From the NCBI GenBank assembly GCA_017536475.1, contig JAFXHH010000007.1, positions 55,609-119,608 on the forward strand: a stretch of DNA of 64,000 nt. Reading direction: 5' to 3'. A program made the position numbers and the translations under genes. This document shows, piece by piece, positions 31,543-40,268 of the stretch; position 1 is the first letter of the stretch, and each line of letters starts with the position of its first letter. The notes beneath the pieces were generated by a model. That model did not search any database. It saw only the letters and a list, made by a program, of their open reading frames with translations, and was not told the DNA's origin. The DNA comes from Clostridia bacterium. Lineage in GTDB: Bacteria > Bacillota > Clostridia > Oscillospirales > CAG-272.

Positions 31543-32058
31543 TCAGTCGTCGCTGAGCAGCCCCGGGATCGTTTTGACGAATATTCCTTTATCGAGGTCC
31601 ACCTTTTTGACGAATTCCTCGACTGCGGGCATCATTCGCTCGCCGTTTGGAGTTTTAACGACGTATATATCCGACGCGCCGCGGTTGATGACCTCTTTTA
31701 CCGTGCCGTAGGTCTTTCCGTTCTCTACGTCAATTATCGGGAGTCCGATGAGATCGGCGATAAAATAATCGCCCTCTTCAAGCTCAAAATCGTCGCGGGA
31801 GGCGTACAGAGTCGTTCCCTTCATTGCCGCCGCCTGATCCATATCGGTCACTCCCTCGAGCGAGGCAAGCACGAACTGCTTGAATATCGAAGCATGAGTC
31901 ACTTTTATTTCTCTGTATTTTCCGTTTTCGAGCACGAAAACTCGCTTAAGATCTGCAAGCACCTCGGGGCTATCGCACAAGGACTCCAACTTGACGTCGC
32001 CGCGCACTCCGTGGGTATTTATAATTATCGCACATTCAAGATACTGTTTCTTTTCCAT
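31543..32058 (-). CDS. rimM: 16S rRNA processing protein RimM
   Basis: 171 aa with RimM N-domain plus PRC-barrel architecture, located directly upstream of trmD. Confidence 0.88.
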   Translation of the reverse strand: MEKKQYLECAIIINTHGVRGDVKLESLCDSPEVLADLKRVFVLENGKYREIKVTHASIFKQFVLASLEGVTDMDQAAAMKGTTLYASRDDFELEEGDYFIADLIGLPIIDVENGKTYGTVKEVINRGASDIYVVKTPNGERMMPAVEEFVKKVDLDKGIFVKTIPGLLSDD

Positions 32059-32153
32059 AATTTATTGCGTTCAGCCTCGACCTTTCAATATATTTCCAAG
32101 GTTTTTTCACCGAGATGCCAAAAAAGGCACAGTTTGGCATAATAATTATTTAC

Positions 32154-32182
32154 ATTATAGCACAATTATATCTAAATTGCAA
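32154..32182 (-). promoter_or_regulatory. Sigma-A-type promoter of rimM-trmD (TTGCAA-17-TATAAT)
   Basis: Hexamers and spacing read directly. Confidence 0.5.
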
Positions 32183-32282
32183 GAGATAGTGTAATTTTTT
32201 TGTTTTTTGCTGACGAAAGGACTAAAAGGCAGCGTTTCGAGGCAAAAAGCGGGGATATTGAAAAAAATTTACAAATACAAGG

Positions 32283-32311
32283 TTGACAGACACTCGGTTT
32301 ACGGGTACAAT
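32283..32311 (+). promoter_or_regulatory. Sigma-A-type promoter of yajC (TTGACA-17-TACAAT)
   Basis: Hexamers and spacing read directly. Confidence 0.55.
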
Positions 32312-32353
32312 ATATAGGTATGCAAAATAAATTCAAGAAAGGGTAATCATATT

Positions 32354-32686
32354 ATGCTCAATACAGCTCTTTTGCTCACATCGGGCTCTACGGGAGGCAA
32401 CAACGGTGGCGGTCTGATCATGACAATTATCATGATCGTAGCATTTATTGCAATATTCTTCTTCAGCACTCGCAGTCAGAGAAAGCAGGAAAAGGAAACT
32501 GCGGCTATGCGTAACAATCTTCAGGTTGGCGACGAGATCACGACCATCGGCGGTATCATCGGCAAGATCGTAAGCATAAAGGAAGAGACCTGCGTTATCG
32601 AGACCAGCCGCGACGGCACCAAGATCCGTATTCTTAAGACTGCCGTCAGCCGCGTTGACGTTAAGGCTGAGGACTCTATCGACTGA
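32354..32686 (+). CDS. yajC: Preprotein translocase subunit YajC
   Basis: 110 aa with a single TM helix, then the RKQEKE...L.VGDEI.T.GGI.G.I pattern typical of YajC. Confidence 0.85.
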   Translation: MLNTALLLTSGSTGGNNGGGLIMTIIMIVAFIAIFFFSTRSQRKQEKETAAMRNNLQVGDEITTIGGIIGKIVSIKEETCVIETSRDGTKIRILKTAVSRVDVKAEDSID

Positions 32687-32770
32687 TCGATCAGATCTTT
32701 AAAAAGTAATAAAAACGCTTCCGGCGGCATATATTTCTATGGAAATATACGTTACGGAGGCGTTTTTATT

Positions 32771-33268
32771 ATGAACAGAAATCAAAGAAGTTCCGCGCTC
32801 GTGCGCTCGCGCACGGCTCCCGTTGCCGCGCGGACGCGGTCGGTTGACGAATCGCCGCTTTTTACAACTGTGCTGAAATGCTCTCTTTGGGGACTTCTCG
32901 CCACGTTTATCTCGGGGCTTATTCTTATCAGCGCACTATCCGCGGCGGCGCTTGCAAGTCCCGATCCCTCGGGGCTTATTACGCCGCTATCGCTTATTGC
33001 GCTGTTCCCCTCTGCGTTTATCGGCGGATTTGTGACGGCAAAGAAGGTCAAGGATGCGCCCGCGCTTTGTGGGATCATTTGCGGTGGATTTGCGACGGCT
33101 TGTGCAATGTTACTTTCTATTGTGCTCAAGGGGCTGTCGTCCTCGAGCTTTGAGCTTTGGCAGTCCTTGCTTTTGCATGCGTTGGTAATAGTTTTCTCGG
33201 TGCTTGGGGCACTTGCGGGGAATGTTAAGAGGGTTGCTAAGCGTGGAAAACGGAGGTTTGGGAGATAG
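32771..33268 (+). CDS. Small 4-TM membrane protein (TIGR04086-like), function unknown
   Basis: 165 aa with a basic N-terminus, four hydrophobic helices and a basic tail. GGAGG SD present. The family name is from memory. Confidence 0.55.
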   Translation: MNRNQRSSALVRSRTAPVAARTRSVDESPLFTTVLKCSLWGLLATFISGLILISALSAAALASPDPSGLITPLSLIALFPSAFIGGFVTAKKVKDAPALCGIICGGFATACAMLLSIVLKGLSSSSFELWQSLLLHALVIVFSVLGALAGNVKRVAKRGKRRFGR

Positions 33269-33280
33269 ACAGAAGGAGAC

Positions 33281-33345
33281 GTGTTCATTTTCTGCCCACG
33301 TCGGCAGAAAACGAACCAAAAGAACGCCGCTCAAGGGGGAGAGGG
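33281..33345 (+). repeat. 65-nt dispersed repeat, copy 1
   Basis: GTGTTCATTTTCTGCCCACGTCGGCAGAAAACGAACCAAAAGAACGCCGCTCAAGGGGGAGAGGG matches 40972-41036 at 62 of 65 positions. It contains the hairpin TTTTCTGCC-N5-GGCAGAAAA. Confidence 0.85.
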
Positions 33346-33564
33346 CTGATGATTCGGTAACAAGGCGCTTCGGTTTGAAAGCTTAAAGCCCGAATCATTG
33401 CGCCATTCCCCCCTGAGAACCCCCATCCGCCTTCGGCACACTGTGTTTCCGAATTTGAAGCCGTGAAGTTGAACTTCCTGATGGGGCTCTTTCGTCCATT
33501 TGGGGCGAAAGTAATGCTGTGTTGCTCGCACACGCTTGTGCTTCGCAAGGTTACGCCAAACACC

Positions 33565-33589
33565 GTAGGGGCGGATTCTATATCCGCCC
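33565..33589 (+). repeat. REP-like GTAG-headed palindrome
   Basis: GTAG-GGGCGGAT-TCTAT-ATCCGCCC. Confidence 0.7.
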
Positions 33590-33597
33590 TTTTTTTC

Positions 33598-33622
33598 GGG
33601 AGCATATAGAATGCTCCCCTAC
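33598..33622 (-). repeat. REP-like GTAG-headed palindrome, inverted copy with compensatory arm changes
   Basis: The reverse complement reads GTAG-GGGAGCAT-TCTAT-ATGCTCCC. Two arm positions differ from the neighbouring copy and both are compensated in the opposite arm. Confidence 0.7.
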
Positions 33623-33646
33623 GCTAACACGTGCAAAAACAAAAAC

Positions 33647-33671
33647 GTAGGGGCGGATTCTATATCCGCCC
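33647..33671 (+). repeat. REP-like GTAG-headed palindrome (identical to 33565-33589)
   Basis: GTAGGGGCGGATTCTATATCCGCCC. Confidence 0.7.
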
Positions 33672-33758
33672 GCCGTCGGTTTAACCCAAAAAGCCTCTCC
33701 TTATAGGAGAGGTGTCAGCGGAGCTGACGGAGAGGTCGCAAGGTGGAGGGTAAGAATT

Positions 33759-33797
33759 AACGGGAGCAGAACGTATCGTTCTGCTCCCGTTGTTTTT
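33759..33797. terminator. Bidirectional terminator between the repeat-rich region and recO
   Basis: A 15-bp stem AACGGGAGCAGAACG-TAT-CGTTCTGCTCCCGTT with a T-run on the + strand. It abuts the recO stop codon. Confidence 0.7.
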
Positions 33798-34590
33798 ACA
33801 TTACTGCTTTATAGAAATCGAGTGAATCGAAGCTTCGTCCGAGGTGGTTGAGGATATATGCTTCGGCGGCTTTGGAGAGGTCGCGGATATCGGAATCGTC
33901 CTTAAGGTCAAAGGAAAAGACTTTATTTGCGGGAGCGTACGCGATATATCGCAGAGCCGCAAGAGTTGACGGTGAGATGCCGCAGAGCACGGTTGCTGAG
34001 GGCATATCGTCGAATTCCTTTGAAATGTTCGGGCGCTTCTCTCCTCTTTTGGAAAGGCAATCGGTACAGATAAGTCTTCCGCCCATTACGTCAAGATATA
34101 TCTGATCGGCGCTGTCGCTTCCGCAATACACACATCCCGAGAGCTCGGGGAGATATCCCGAATTTGCCGCGGTGCGAAACTCAAAGACCGATTTTATTAT
34201 CGCCTGATCCTTTTCTCCCTTGCCTATAAGGAAAAGCGAATTGAGCAACAATCGGAGCAGCTCGTCACACTCCTCGTCCTCATCGGTCAGCTCGTTGGCG
34301 AGGTCGCAAAGATACGCCGCAAGCGCGACCTTCGAGACGTCGGTGGAGAGATTATAAAAGGAATTGGTGACCGAGCCGCCGCGGAGCCAATACATTGAAT
34401 TTTTTTCGTAGATCTCGAAATTTCCGTACGTAAAAAGCTGCGATATTGCGGTCAGCTTACTGTTTGGAGAACGTCCGCCCTTGACCATCACGCCGATTCG
34501 TCCGCGCGAGTGGGTTATGATATTTACAAGCTTGTCCGACGCGCCTACGTCGATCACGCGGGTGATGAGCCCGTCGGTTGCGAAGGTCAT
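33796..34590 (-). CDS. recO: DNA repair protein RecO
   Basis: 264 aa with an N-terminal OB fold and a Cys4 motif (CVYCGS...CTDC), located downstream of era as in Bacillus. Confidence 0.9.
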   Translation of the reverse strand: MTFATDGLITRVIDVGASDKLVNIITHSRGRIGVMVKGGRSPNSKLTAISQLFTYGNFEIYEKNSMYWLRGGSVTNSFYNLSTDVSKVALAAYLCDLANELTDEDEECDELLRLLLNSLFLIGKGEKDQAIIKSVFEFRTAANSGYLPELSGCVYCGSDSADQIYLDVMGGRLICTDCLSKRGEKRPNISKEFDDMPSATVLCGISPSTLAALRYIAYAPANKVFSFDLKDDSDIRDLSKAAEAYILNHLGRSFDSLDFYKAVM

Positions 34591-34626
34591 ATCCTTACTC
34601 CTCTTACATTGTTTTTTGATTGCTGA

Positions 34627-35511
34627 TCAGTCCTCGGTGAAGCCGAAGTCGGTGATCCCTCTCTGGCTATCACGCCAATTTTCTTTGACCTTTACCCAAA
34701 GGTTGAGGTAGACCTTTGCGCCGAATATGGCTTCAAGGTCAGCGCGCGCGTACGATCCGACACGCTTGAGCTCTTCTCCGTTCTTGCCGACGATGATACC
34801 CTTATGAGATGCCTTTTCGCAGAAGATCTCGGCGCGGATACTGACGAGGCTTCCCTCGTCCTTGAACTCCTCGATCGCGACGGCGATACCGTGGGGGATC
34901 TCTTTATTGAGTGTTCTCAAGAGCTTTTCGCGAATGACCTCGGCGGCTACCTGACGCTCGGACTGGTCTGTGACCATATCCTCGGGGAAAAAGAAGTCGG
35001 ACTCGCCAAGGAAGGCTTTACACTCGTCGAGCACTTCATCTACTCCCTTTCCGTTCTTCGCGCAGATCGGGACTACCGCGTCAAACGAGTGGAGCTCGCT
35101 ATACGCGGCGATAGTCTCGGCTATCTGCTCGCGGCGGTAAAGGTCGATCTTATTGAGCACGAGCACGCCGGGGGTCTCGGTTCTTTTCAGATACGTGATC
35201 ACGTTTTTCTCGGTCTCGCTTATCGGCTTACCCGTATCGACTACGAGAATGACCGCATCGGCATCCTGCATCGAGGAATTTGCCGTTTTTACCATATAAG
35301 AGCCGAGGCTGTTGCGCGGCTTGAAAATACCGGGGGTATCGAGGAATACGTACTGATCGTCGCCGACGGTATGTATTCCGATAATTCTGTTTCTCGTGGT
35401 CTGCGGCTTGGAGGAGACTATCGCCACCTTTTCGCCGAGTATGCTATTGAGAAGCGTGGATTTGCCTACGTTAGGTCTTCCTACTATTGCTATAAATCCT
35501 GTTTTTTTCAT
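34627..35511 (-). CDS. era: GTPase Era
   Basis: G1 GRPNVGKST, G3 DTPG, G4 NKID and a C-terminal KH domain. Confidence 0.95.
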   Translation of the reverse strand: MKKTGFIAIVGRPNVGKSTLLNSILGEKVAIVSSKPQTTRNRIIGIHTVGDDQYVFLDTPGIFKPRNSLGSYMVKTANSSMQDADAVILVVDTGKPISETEKNVITYLKRTETPGVLVLNKIDLYRREQIAETIAAYSELHSFDAVVPICAKNGKGVDEVLDECKAFLGESDFFFPEDMVTDQSERQVAAEVIREKLLRTLNKEIPHGIAVAIEEFKDEGSLVSIRAEIFCEKASHKGIIVGKNGEELKRVGSYARADLEAIFGAKVYLNLWVKVKENWRDSQRGITDFGFTED

Positions 35512-35529
35512 TATTCTTTTCCTTGCTTT

Positions 35530-36024
35530 TTATTTGACCTCAAGGCCCATTATTCTCATTATTTCGGTCTGCTTGGATCTCATTTCGACGTCATCCTCGT
35601 CGCTCGTTTCGTGGTCGTAGCCGAGCAGGTGGAGCATTGAATGAACGCAGAGGAATGCCACCTCGCGCTCGAAGGAATGTCCGTATTCCTCTGCCTGCTC
35701 CTTTGCTCTCTCAAGAGAAATGACGATGTCACCGAGGTTGCTCATTATCTCGTCGACAGGAGGCTCGTCGGTCTCGCCCTCAAAGTCGAAAAGGGGGAAC
35801 GAGAGCACGTCGGTGGGCTTGTCTACCTCGCGGAATTTCTTATTGAGCTCGTGTATTCCCTCGTTATCCGTGAAGGTCACCGAGACCTCGCAATGATTCT
35901 GAAAATCCTCGAAATCAAGCGTGGTTTCGACTGCCTCTCTGATGAGCATTTTCATTTTATAGGTCAGCGGAAGCTTGTCCTGTGCATTTTCAAAATAGAT
36001 CTTTAGTCCCATTTTTCTGTTCAT
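35530..36024 (-). CDS. ybeY: rRNA maturation endoribonuclease YbeY
   Basis: Zinc motif HSMLHLLGYDH. ATG 36024 (AAGGAA 9 nt upstream) is preferred over the TTG at 36033. Confidence 0.9.
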   Translation of the reverse strand: MNRKMGLKIYFENAQDKLPLTYKMKMLIREAVETTLDFEDFQNHCEVSVTFTDNEGIHELNKKFREVDKPTDVLSFPLFDFEGETDEPPVDEIMSNLGDIVISLERAKEQAEEYGHSFEREVAFLCVHSMLHLLGYDHETSDEDDVEMRSKQTEIMRIMGLEVK

Positions 36025-36029
36025 ATCGG

Positions 36030-37106
36030 TCAATTCCTTGAGGGGCGGTAGCTGTGCTTGCCGTCCGTTTCCTTTCTGTCGTTATGCTTTTTATCGTCGT
36101 TGCGCGAGTATTTCTCTCTGCGCTCCTTGTCGTATTTTTCGTATGCGAGTATTATCTTCTGCACGAGCTTATGTCTTACCACGTCGCGCTCGCTGAAGCT
36201 ATGGATCGCGATATCATCGATGTCGGTGAGGATCTTGACCGCCTCGGCAAGACCGCTTTTCTGTCCGTACGGCAGGTCGGTCTGAGTCAGGTCTCCCGTT
36301 ACGACCGCCTTTGAATTAAAGCCGAGTCGGGTCAAAAACATTTTCATTTGCTCGGGGGTGCAGTTTTGCGCTTCGTCGAGGATTATGAAGGAATCGTCGA
36401 GCGTTCGTCCTCTCATATACGCCAGCGGCGCGACCTCGATAACTCCCTTCTCGACCTGTCGCTGATAATTCTCCGCGCCCATCATTTCGTAGAGCGAGTC
36501 GTACAGCGGACGGAGGTAGGGGTCGATCTTGCTTTGCAGGTCACCCGGCAAAAATCCGAGCTTTTCGCCCGCCTCGATAGCGGGTCGGGTGAGGATTATT
36601 CTCGACACCTGCTTTTCGCGGAGTGCCTTGACCGCCATTGCGACCGCCAGAAAGGTCTTACCCGTTCCTGCGGGTCCGATGCCGAGTACGATGGTGTTCT
36701 TTTTGATCGCGTTGACGTACTGCTTTTGTCCGACGGTCTTTGCCTTGATCGGCTTGCCCTTCATCGTGACACAGATAGTATCGTCGCCAAGCTCCTCGAG
36801 CTCGCCCGAGTTGCCCGAGCTCACCGTGTCGCAGACGTATATCACGCTTTGATCGTTGATGTTTTCGTTATATTTTGCCATTTTGACAAGGTACGCCACG
36901 GCGCTTGCCGCCTGACTGACCGCCGTGTCCTGATCGCCCGAGACGACGATTACGTCCTCTCCGCTGTCCGCGATGCGATTATGCACGGCGACGCCGAATT
37001 TCTTTTCGATTATCTTTACGTTTGAATCGCAGCTGCCGAAGACCGTTGCCAGCACGTCGGGGCTTTCTATTTTGATTATTTTACTGCTCACTTTTTGTCC
37101 TTTCAA
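36030..37106 (-). CDS. phoH: PhoH-family ATPase with N-terminal KH-like extension
   Basis: Walker A GPAGTGKT and the PhoH core. TTG start. Confidence 0.9.
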   Translation of the reverse strand: MKGQKVSSKIIKIESPDVLATVFGSCDSNVKIIEKKFGVAVHNRIADSGEDVIVVSGDQDTAVSQAASAVAYLVKMAKYNENINDQSVIYVCDTVSSGNSGELEELGDDTICVTMKGKPIKAKTVGQKQYVNAIKKNTIVLGIGPAGTGKTFLAVAMAVKALREKQVSRIILTRPAIEAGEKLGFLPGDLQSKIDPYLRPLYDSLYEMMGAENYQRQVEKGVIEVAPLAYMRGRTLDDSFIILDEAQNCTPEQMKMFLTRLGFNSKAVVTGDLTQTDLPYGQKSGLAEAVKILTDIDDIAIHSFSERDVVRHKLVQKIILAYEKYDKERREKYSRNDDKKHNDRKETDGKHSYRPSRN

Positions 37107-37109
37107 GTG

Positions 37110-38285
37110 TTACTCGACCTCGAACTCCACCGTTTTCGCGATATCCTCGATGGCTATCACGGTACAGTAAAGCGCAAAGGAGCCGTCCTTTATTTGCGGA
37201 ACGATTATTTTGCGGAGGATCGTCGTTCCCTCTGCCGCCGCTGCAAGTCTTTGAGAAAGCTCGAAATACGCGAGCTCCTCGGCTTCGGCTGCGGTACGGG
37301 TCAGCGTGACCGATTCATATTCCAAATGCTTTACGGTCCGCATCTCAAACGGGGTCTCGGTCCCGTCGGGAAGGCAAAGGCTCTCCACTATACTTATTGT
37401 ATCATATAATGCGCCCTCTTTTCCACTATTTTTCGAAATGTTAATCGAATAGTCAAAAAAATTTAAATATTTATCGCAATATTCTGCCCCCGTGTAAACG
37501 GTTGCCTCGTATTCGTAGGGGATCTCGATATAATATTCGGTGACGGTCTTTGCCATTATGCTGCCTTTGGCGCGTGTGTAGCGGAAGCCGAGCGTTTTGC
37601 TGTCGTACAGACCGCTTACGAGCAGCTCTCCTTTATTGACGTGCTGACCCGACACGACGACCACGTTTCCGTTATAGACCTTGACCTCCTGCACGATGCC
37701 CGATTTTGAGGCGACGAGGTTGGCGGGCTTTGTTGACGCTTCCTCGTCGGTCTTGCCGCGGTACTCTCTGATCTGCACCTCGGCGACCGTGCCGATCAGG
37801 TTTACCGATATCCACGAGACCCTTTCGGAATCAAGCAAAAATTCGTTCTCTATCCTGTCGGTATTAAGCGACGGGATATACGAGCCGACTCCAAGCCCGT
37901 AATTTTTTAAGGCTTCGCAGATCTCGGAGGTGGTGATGCTCTCGTTGCCCGTGACTTCTATGTCCCAGACGAAGCGGTGAGAAAAAAAGATAAGTGCGGC
38001 GGCGATGAGCATACCCATCGCGATGCCGTATCTGTGCTTATAGCGCGACAGCAGCGTGGGAATTCCGCCTTTTTTGACGGTGTCAAATTCTATTTCTCTC
38101 GCTTTTGCTTCTTTTTCGAGTTTCTTTTTTGCAGAGAGGCGCAGAGTCAGATAGACGCCGTCGCTCTCGGTTTTGAAGTCCGAGTAGGGTATGCAGTAGT
38201 ACATACAGAGGTTTAGAAGCGGGGTGATATTATCGTAATTCGCTTTTATCGTGACGTAGCCGCAAATAAAGTAGGATATGTTCAT
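37110..38285 (-). CDS. yqfD: Sporulation protein YqfD
   Basis: 391 aa resembling YqfD, in the conserved position between yqfC and phoH. Start overlaps the yqfC stop (ATGA). Confidence 0.85.
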   Translation of the reverse strand: MNISYFICGYVTIKANYDNITPLLNLCMYYCIPYSDFKTESDGVYLTLRLSAKKKLEKEAKAREIEFDTVKKGGIPTLLSRYKHRYGIAMGMLIAAALIFFSHRFVWDIEVTGNESITTSEICEALKNYGLGVGSYIPSLNTDRIENEFLLDSERVSWISVNLIGTVAEVQIREYRGKTDEEASTKPANLVASKSGIVQEVKVYNGNVVVVSGQHVNKGELLVSGLYDSKTLGFRYTRAKGSIMAKTVTEYYIEIPYEYEATVYTGAEYCDKYLNFFDYSINISKNSGKEGALYDTISIVESLCLPDGTETPFEMRTVKHLEYESVTLTRTAAEAEELAYFELSQRLAAAAEGTTILRKIIVPQIKDGSFALYCTVIAIEDIAKTVEFEVE

Positions 38286-38605
38286 TTGTTTTTTTCCTCA
38301 TCGTGTGGCAGGTCAAAGCGGACTGCCAATATATTTCCCTCCACCGTTACCGTGCCGCCGTGATAGGTCGAGCAGATCAGTCTCTCGCCCTCGATCACCA
38401 CGGCAAAGCCGCGCGCCGACATTATCATTTCGTCGGGGGAATATTTCAAGATCCTGCGGCAGCCCTGCATAAAGAGCGTGTTTCTGCCCCTCAATTCTAC
38501 GCGGAAGTCGCTTCCCAACACGTCGCTCGGCAGCTCCGCCTTGACTGCTAAAAGCTCGAGAAATCCCCTTTTTTCCTTATGACCTTTATTTTGCTCTGCA
38601 CTCAT
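38282..38605 (-). CDS. yqfC: YabP/YqfC-family sporulation protein
   Basis: YabP-like core (RVELRGRNTLFMQGCRRILKYSPDEM). The internal ATG 38605 is preferred over the extended ORF start at 38683. Confidence 0.8.
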   Translation of the reverse strand: MSAEQNKGHKEKRGFLELLAVKAELPSDVLGSDFRVELRGRNTLFMQGCRRILKYSPDEMIMSARGFAVVIEGERLICSTYHGGTVTVEGNILAVRFDLPHDEEKNK

Positions 38606-38664
38606 ATTATGACCTCGGACAAAATATATTTTACTGAAAATCATTCGCTTTCGGGAGGGTAAAA

Positions 38665-39762
38665 ATGGCGTCTGCAGAGGCAAAAAAACGTAGATTTCCG
38701 ATCTTTGCTGTGATCGCCTCGGCGGCTTTCCTGCTTTTCCTTATCCGTTCGAGCGTTGCAATCAATTATATGAAAAAAGGGCTTCAACTATGCGCGGGGG
38801 CGGTCATTCCGTCGCTTTTCCCTTTTATGATTATTTCCGAGCTTCTGATACACAGCGGTGTCGGGCAACGCGTGGGCAGGCTGCTTGCCAAGCCGACGAG
38901 GCTTTTATTCGGCATCAGCGAGGCGGGAGCTTGCGCCTTCGTGCTTGGTGCGATCTGCGGATTTCCCATAGGGGCGAAGACCTTATGCTCTCTTTATGAC
39001 CGCGGCGAGATATCCGACCGCGAGTTTTCGCGTGCGCTGACCTTTTGCAACAATCCCGGGTCGGCGTTCGTGATAAGCGCGGTGGGGGTGTCGCTCCTTG
39101 GCAGTGTGGAGCTTGGGGTCACGCTATACGGGTGCGTTTTGCTGTCGGCGGTCATTGTTGGCGTTTTTGAGAGGATATTTTTCGGGAAGATCGGGGATGG
39201 GCGGTCAAAATCGGGGTGCGGGGCTGTAATTTTTGAGAGAAAAGGCGCGATCGAGGTCTTTACGTCGGCGATACAGAGCTCGGCTATCTCGATGATAACG
39301 GTATGCGCGTACGTGGTGTTTTTCTCGTCGTTCGTCGGGTGCATCGGGTCGCTGCTTGCCGAGATCGATATTCCGCGAGTGGTGACGGCTATGATATTTG
39401 GATTTTTTGAGATATCAAGCGGAATGGGGGCGGCGGTTGAGGTCGGCGCTCCATTGGCGGCGGTCTTGCTTTGCGCGGCGGGCGCGGGGTGGTCGGGGTT
39501 ATCGGTGCATTTTCAGATAATTACGATCTGCTCGGGGCGAGGGGTGTCGTTCAAGCCGTTTTTTATTACCAAGGCGGCGCAGGGTGTGATATGTGCGGCG
39601 ATTATGTGGATTGCGTTGAAGATATTTCCCTTTTCGGAGGAGGCTTTGGCGAGGTTTCCCGCCGTTGACGGAGTGGGGCGAGGATACTCGAACGCGGCGT
39701 TCGTTTGCTGCATATTTTTCTTGGCGGCGGTGTTGCCGATTGTGTTAGGGAGGAAGAAATGA
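38665..39762 (+). CDS. ylbJ: Sporulation integral membrane protein YlbJ (nucleoside-recognition/Gate domains)
   Basis: 365 aa, polytopic, with N-terminal ...GLQLCAGAVIPSLFPFMIISELL typical of YlbJ. GGGAGGG SD present. Confidence 0.8.
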   Translation: MASAEAKKRRFPIFAVIASAAFLLFLIRSSVAINYMKKGLQLCAGAVIPSLFPFMIISELLIHSGVGQRVGRLLAKPTRLLFGISEAGACAFVLGAICGFPIGAKTLCSLYDRGEISDREFSRALTFCNNPGSAFVISAVGVSLLGSVELGVTLYGCVLLSAVIVGVFERIFFGKIGDGRSKSGCGAVIFERKGAIEVFTSAIQSSAISMITVCAYVVFFSSFVGCIGSLLAEIDIPRVVTAMIFGFFEISSGMGAAVEVGAPLAAVLLCAAGAGWSGLSVHFQIITICSGRGVSFKPFFITKAAQGVICAAIMWIALKIFPFSEEALARFPAVDGVGRGYSNAAFVCCIFFLAAVLPIVLGRKK

Positions 39763-39766
39763 AAAA

Positions 39767-39798
39767 GCGCAACGCCGATGGCGTTGCGCAGTTTTTTT
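39767..39798 (+). terminator. Intrinsic terminator after ylbJ
   Basis: Stem GCGCAACGCC-GAT-GGCGTTGCGC followed by A-G-T7. Confidence 0.8.
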
Positions 39799-39814
39799 AT
39801 TGGTAATTTTGCTG

Positions 39815-40180
39815 TTATACGATTGATATAACAACGAAAACGATCGCGGCGGTTGATACTAGAGCAATCAATGAATAAAAAACGAAAAAGCCGATGGAAA
39901 TTCCCTTCAGGACGCGACTTGGGGCGATTTTAATTGCCAAGATGGAACCGGCAAATCCTATCATAGAAACGATGAACTCACCCAATATGAAGCCTAACCA
40001 TACTGTCAGCGAGCCAATAATTGTTGCCAGAACAGATGCTCCCGGTAATTGATCGTTGGAAGAATCAACGTTTTGTAAATTGTCCAATGAGTTTTGAGTC
40101 GAAAGGAAGATTGCTACTGAAATTATCAGCAGAATAGTTAAGATACATATTACAGCTATTGATCCTGCTTTATTGCTCAT
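39815..40180 (-). CDS. Small 4-TM membrane protein, function unknown, AT-rich
   Basis: 121 aa and 39% GC by hand count (144/366). No recognisable motif. Confidence 0.5.
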   Translation of the reverse strand: MSNKAGSIAVICILTILLIISVAIFLSTQNSLDNLQNVDSSNDQLPGASVLATIIGSLTVWLGFILGEFIVSMIGFAGSILAIKIAPSRVLKGISIGFFVFYSLIALVSTAAIVFVVISIV

Positions 40181-40238
40181 AAGTTCACCGCCTTTCTGTA
40201 ACTATGGTAGCATAGTTTGAAGAAAATGTCAAGGAAAA

Positions 40239-40266
40239 CAAAAAATCCACCGCTTTTGCGATGGAT
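40239..40266 (-). terminator. Duplicate of the tRNA-Thr terminator after the degenerate tRNA copy
   Basis: Sequence is identical to 40397-40424, shifted by 158 bp. Confidence 0.7.
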
Positions 40267-40268
40267 TT

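Noticed and set aside
38606-38664. Divergent sporulation (sigma-E/sigma-K type) promoters between yqfC and ylbJ
   Set aside because: An ATATT...CATTCGCT arrangement is present, but the spacing (~11 nt) does not fit the sigma-E consensus I remember. I could not support a call.
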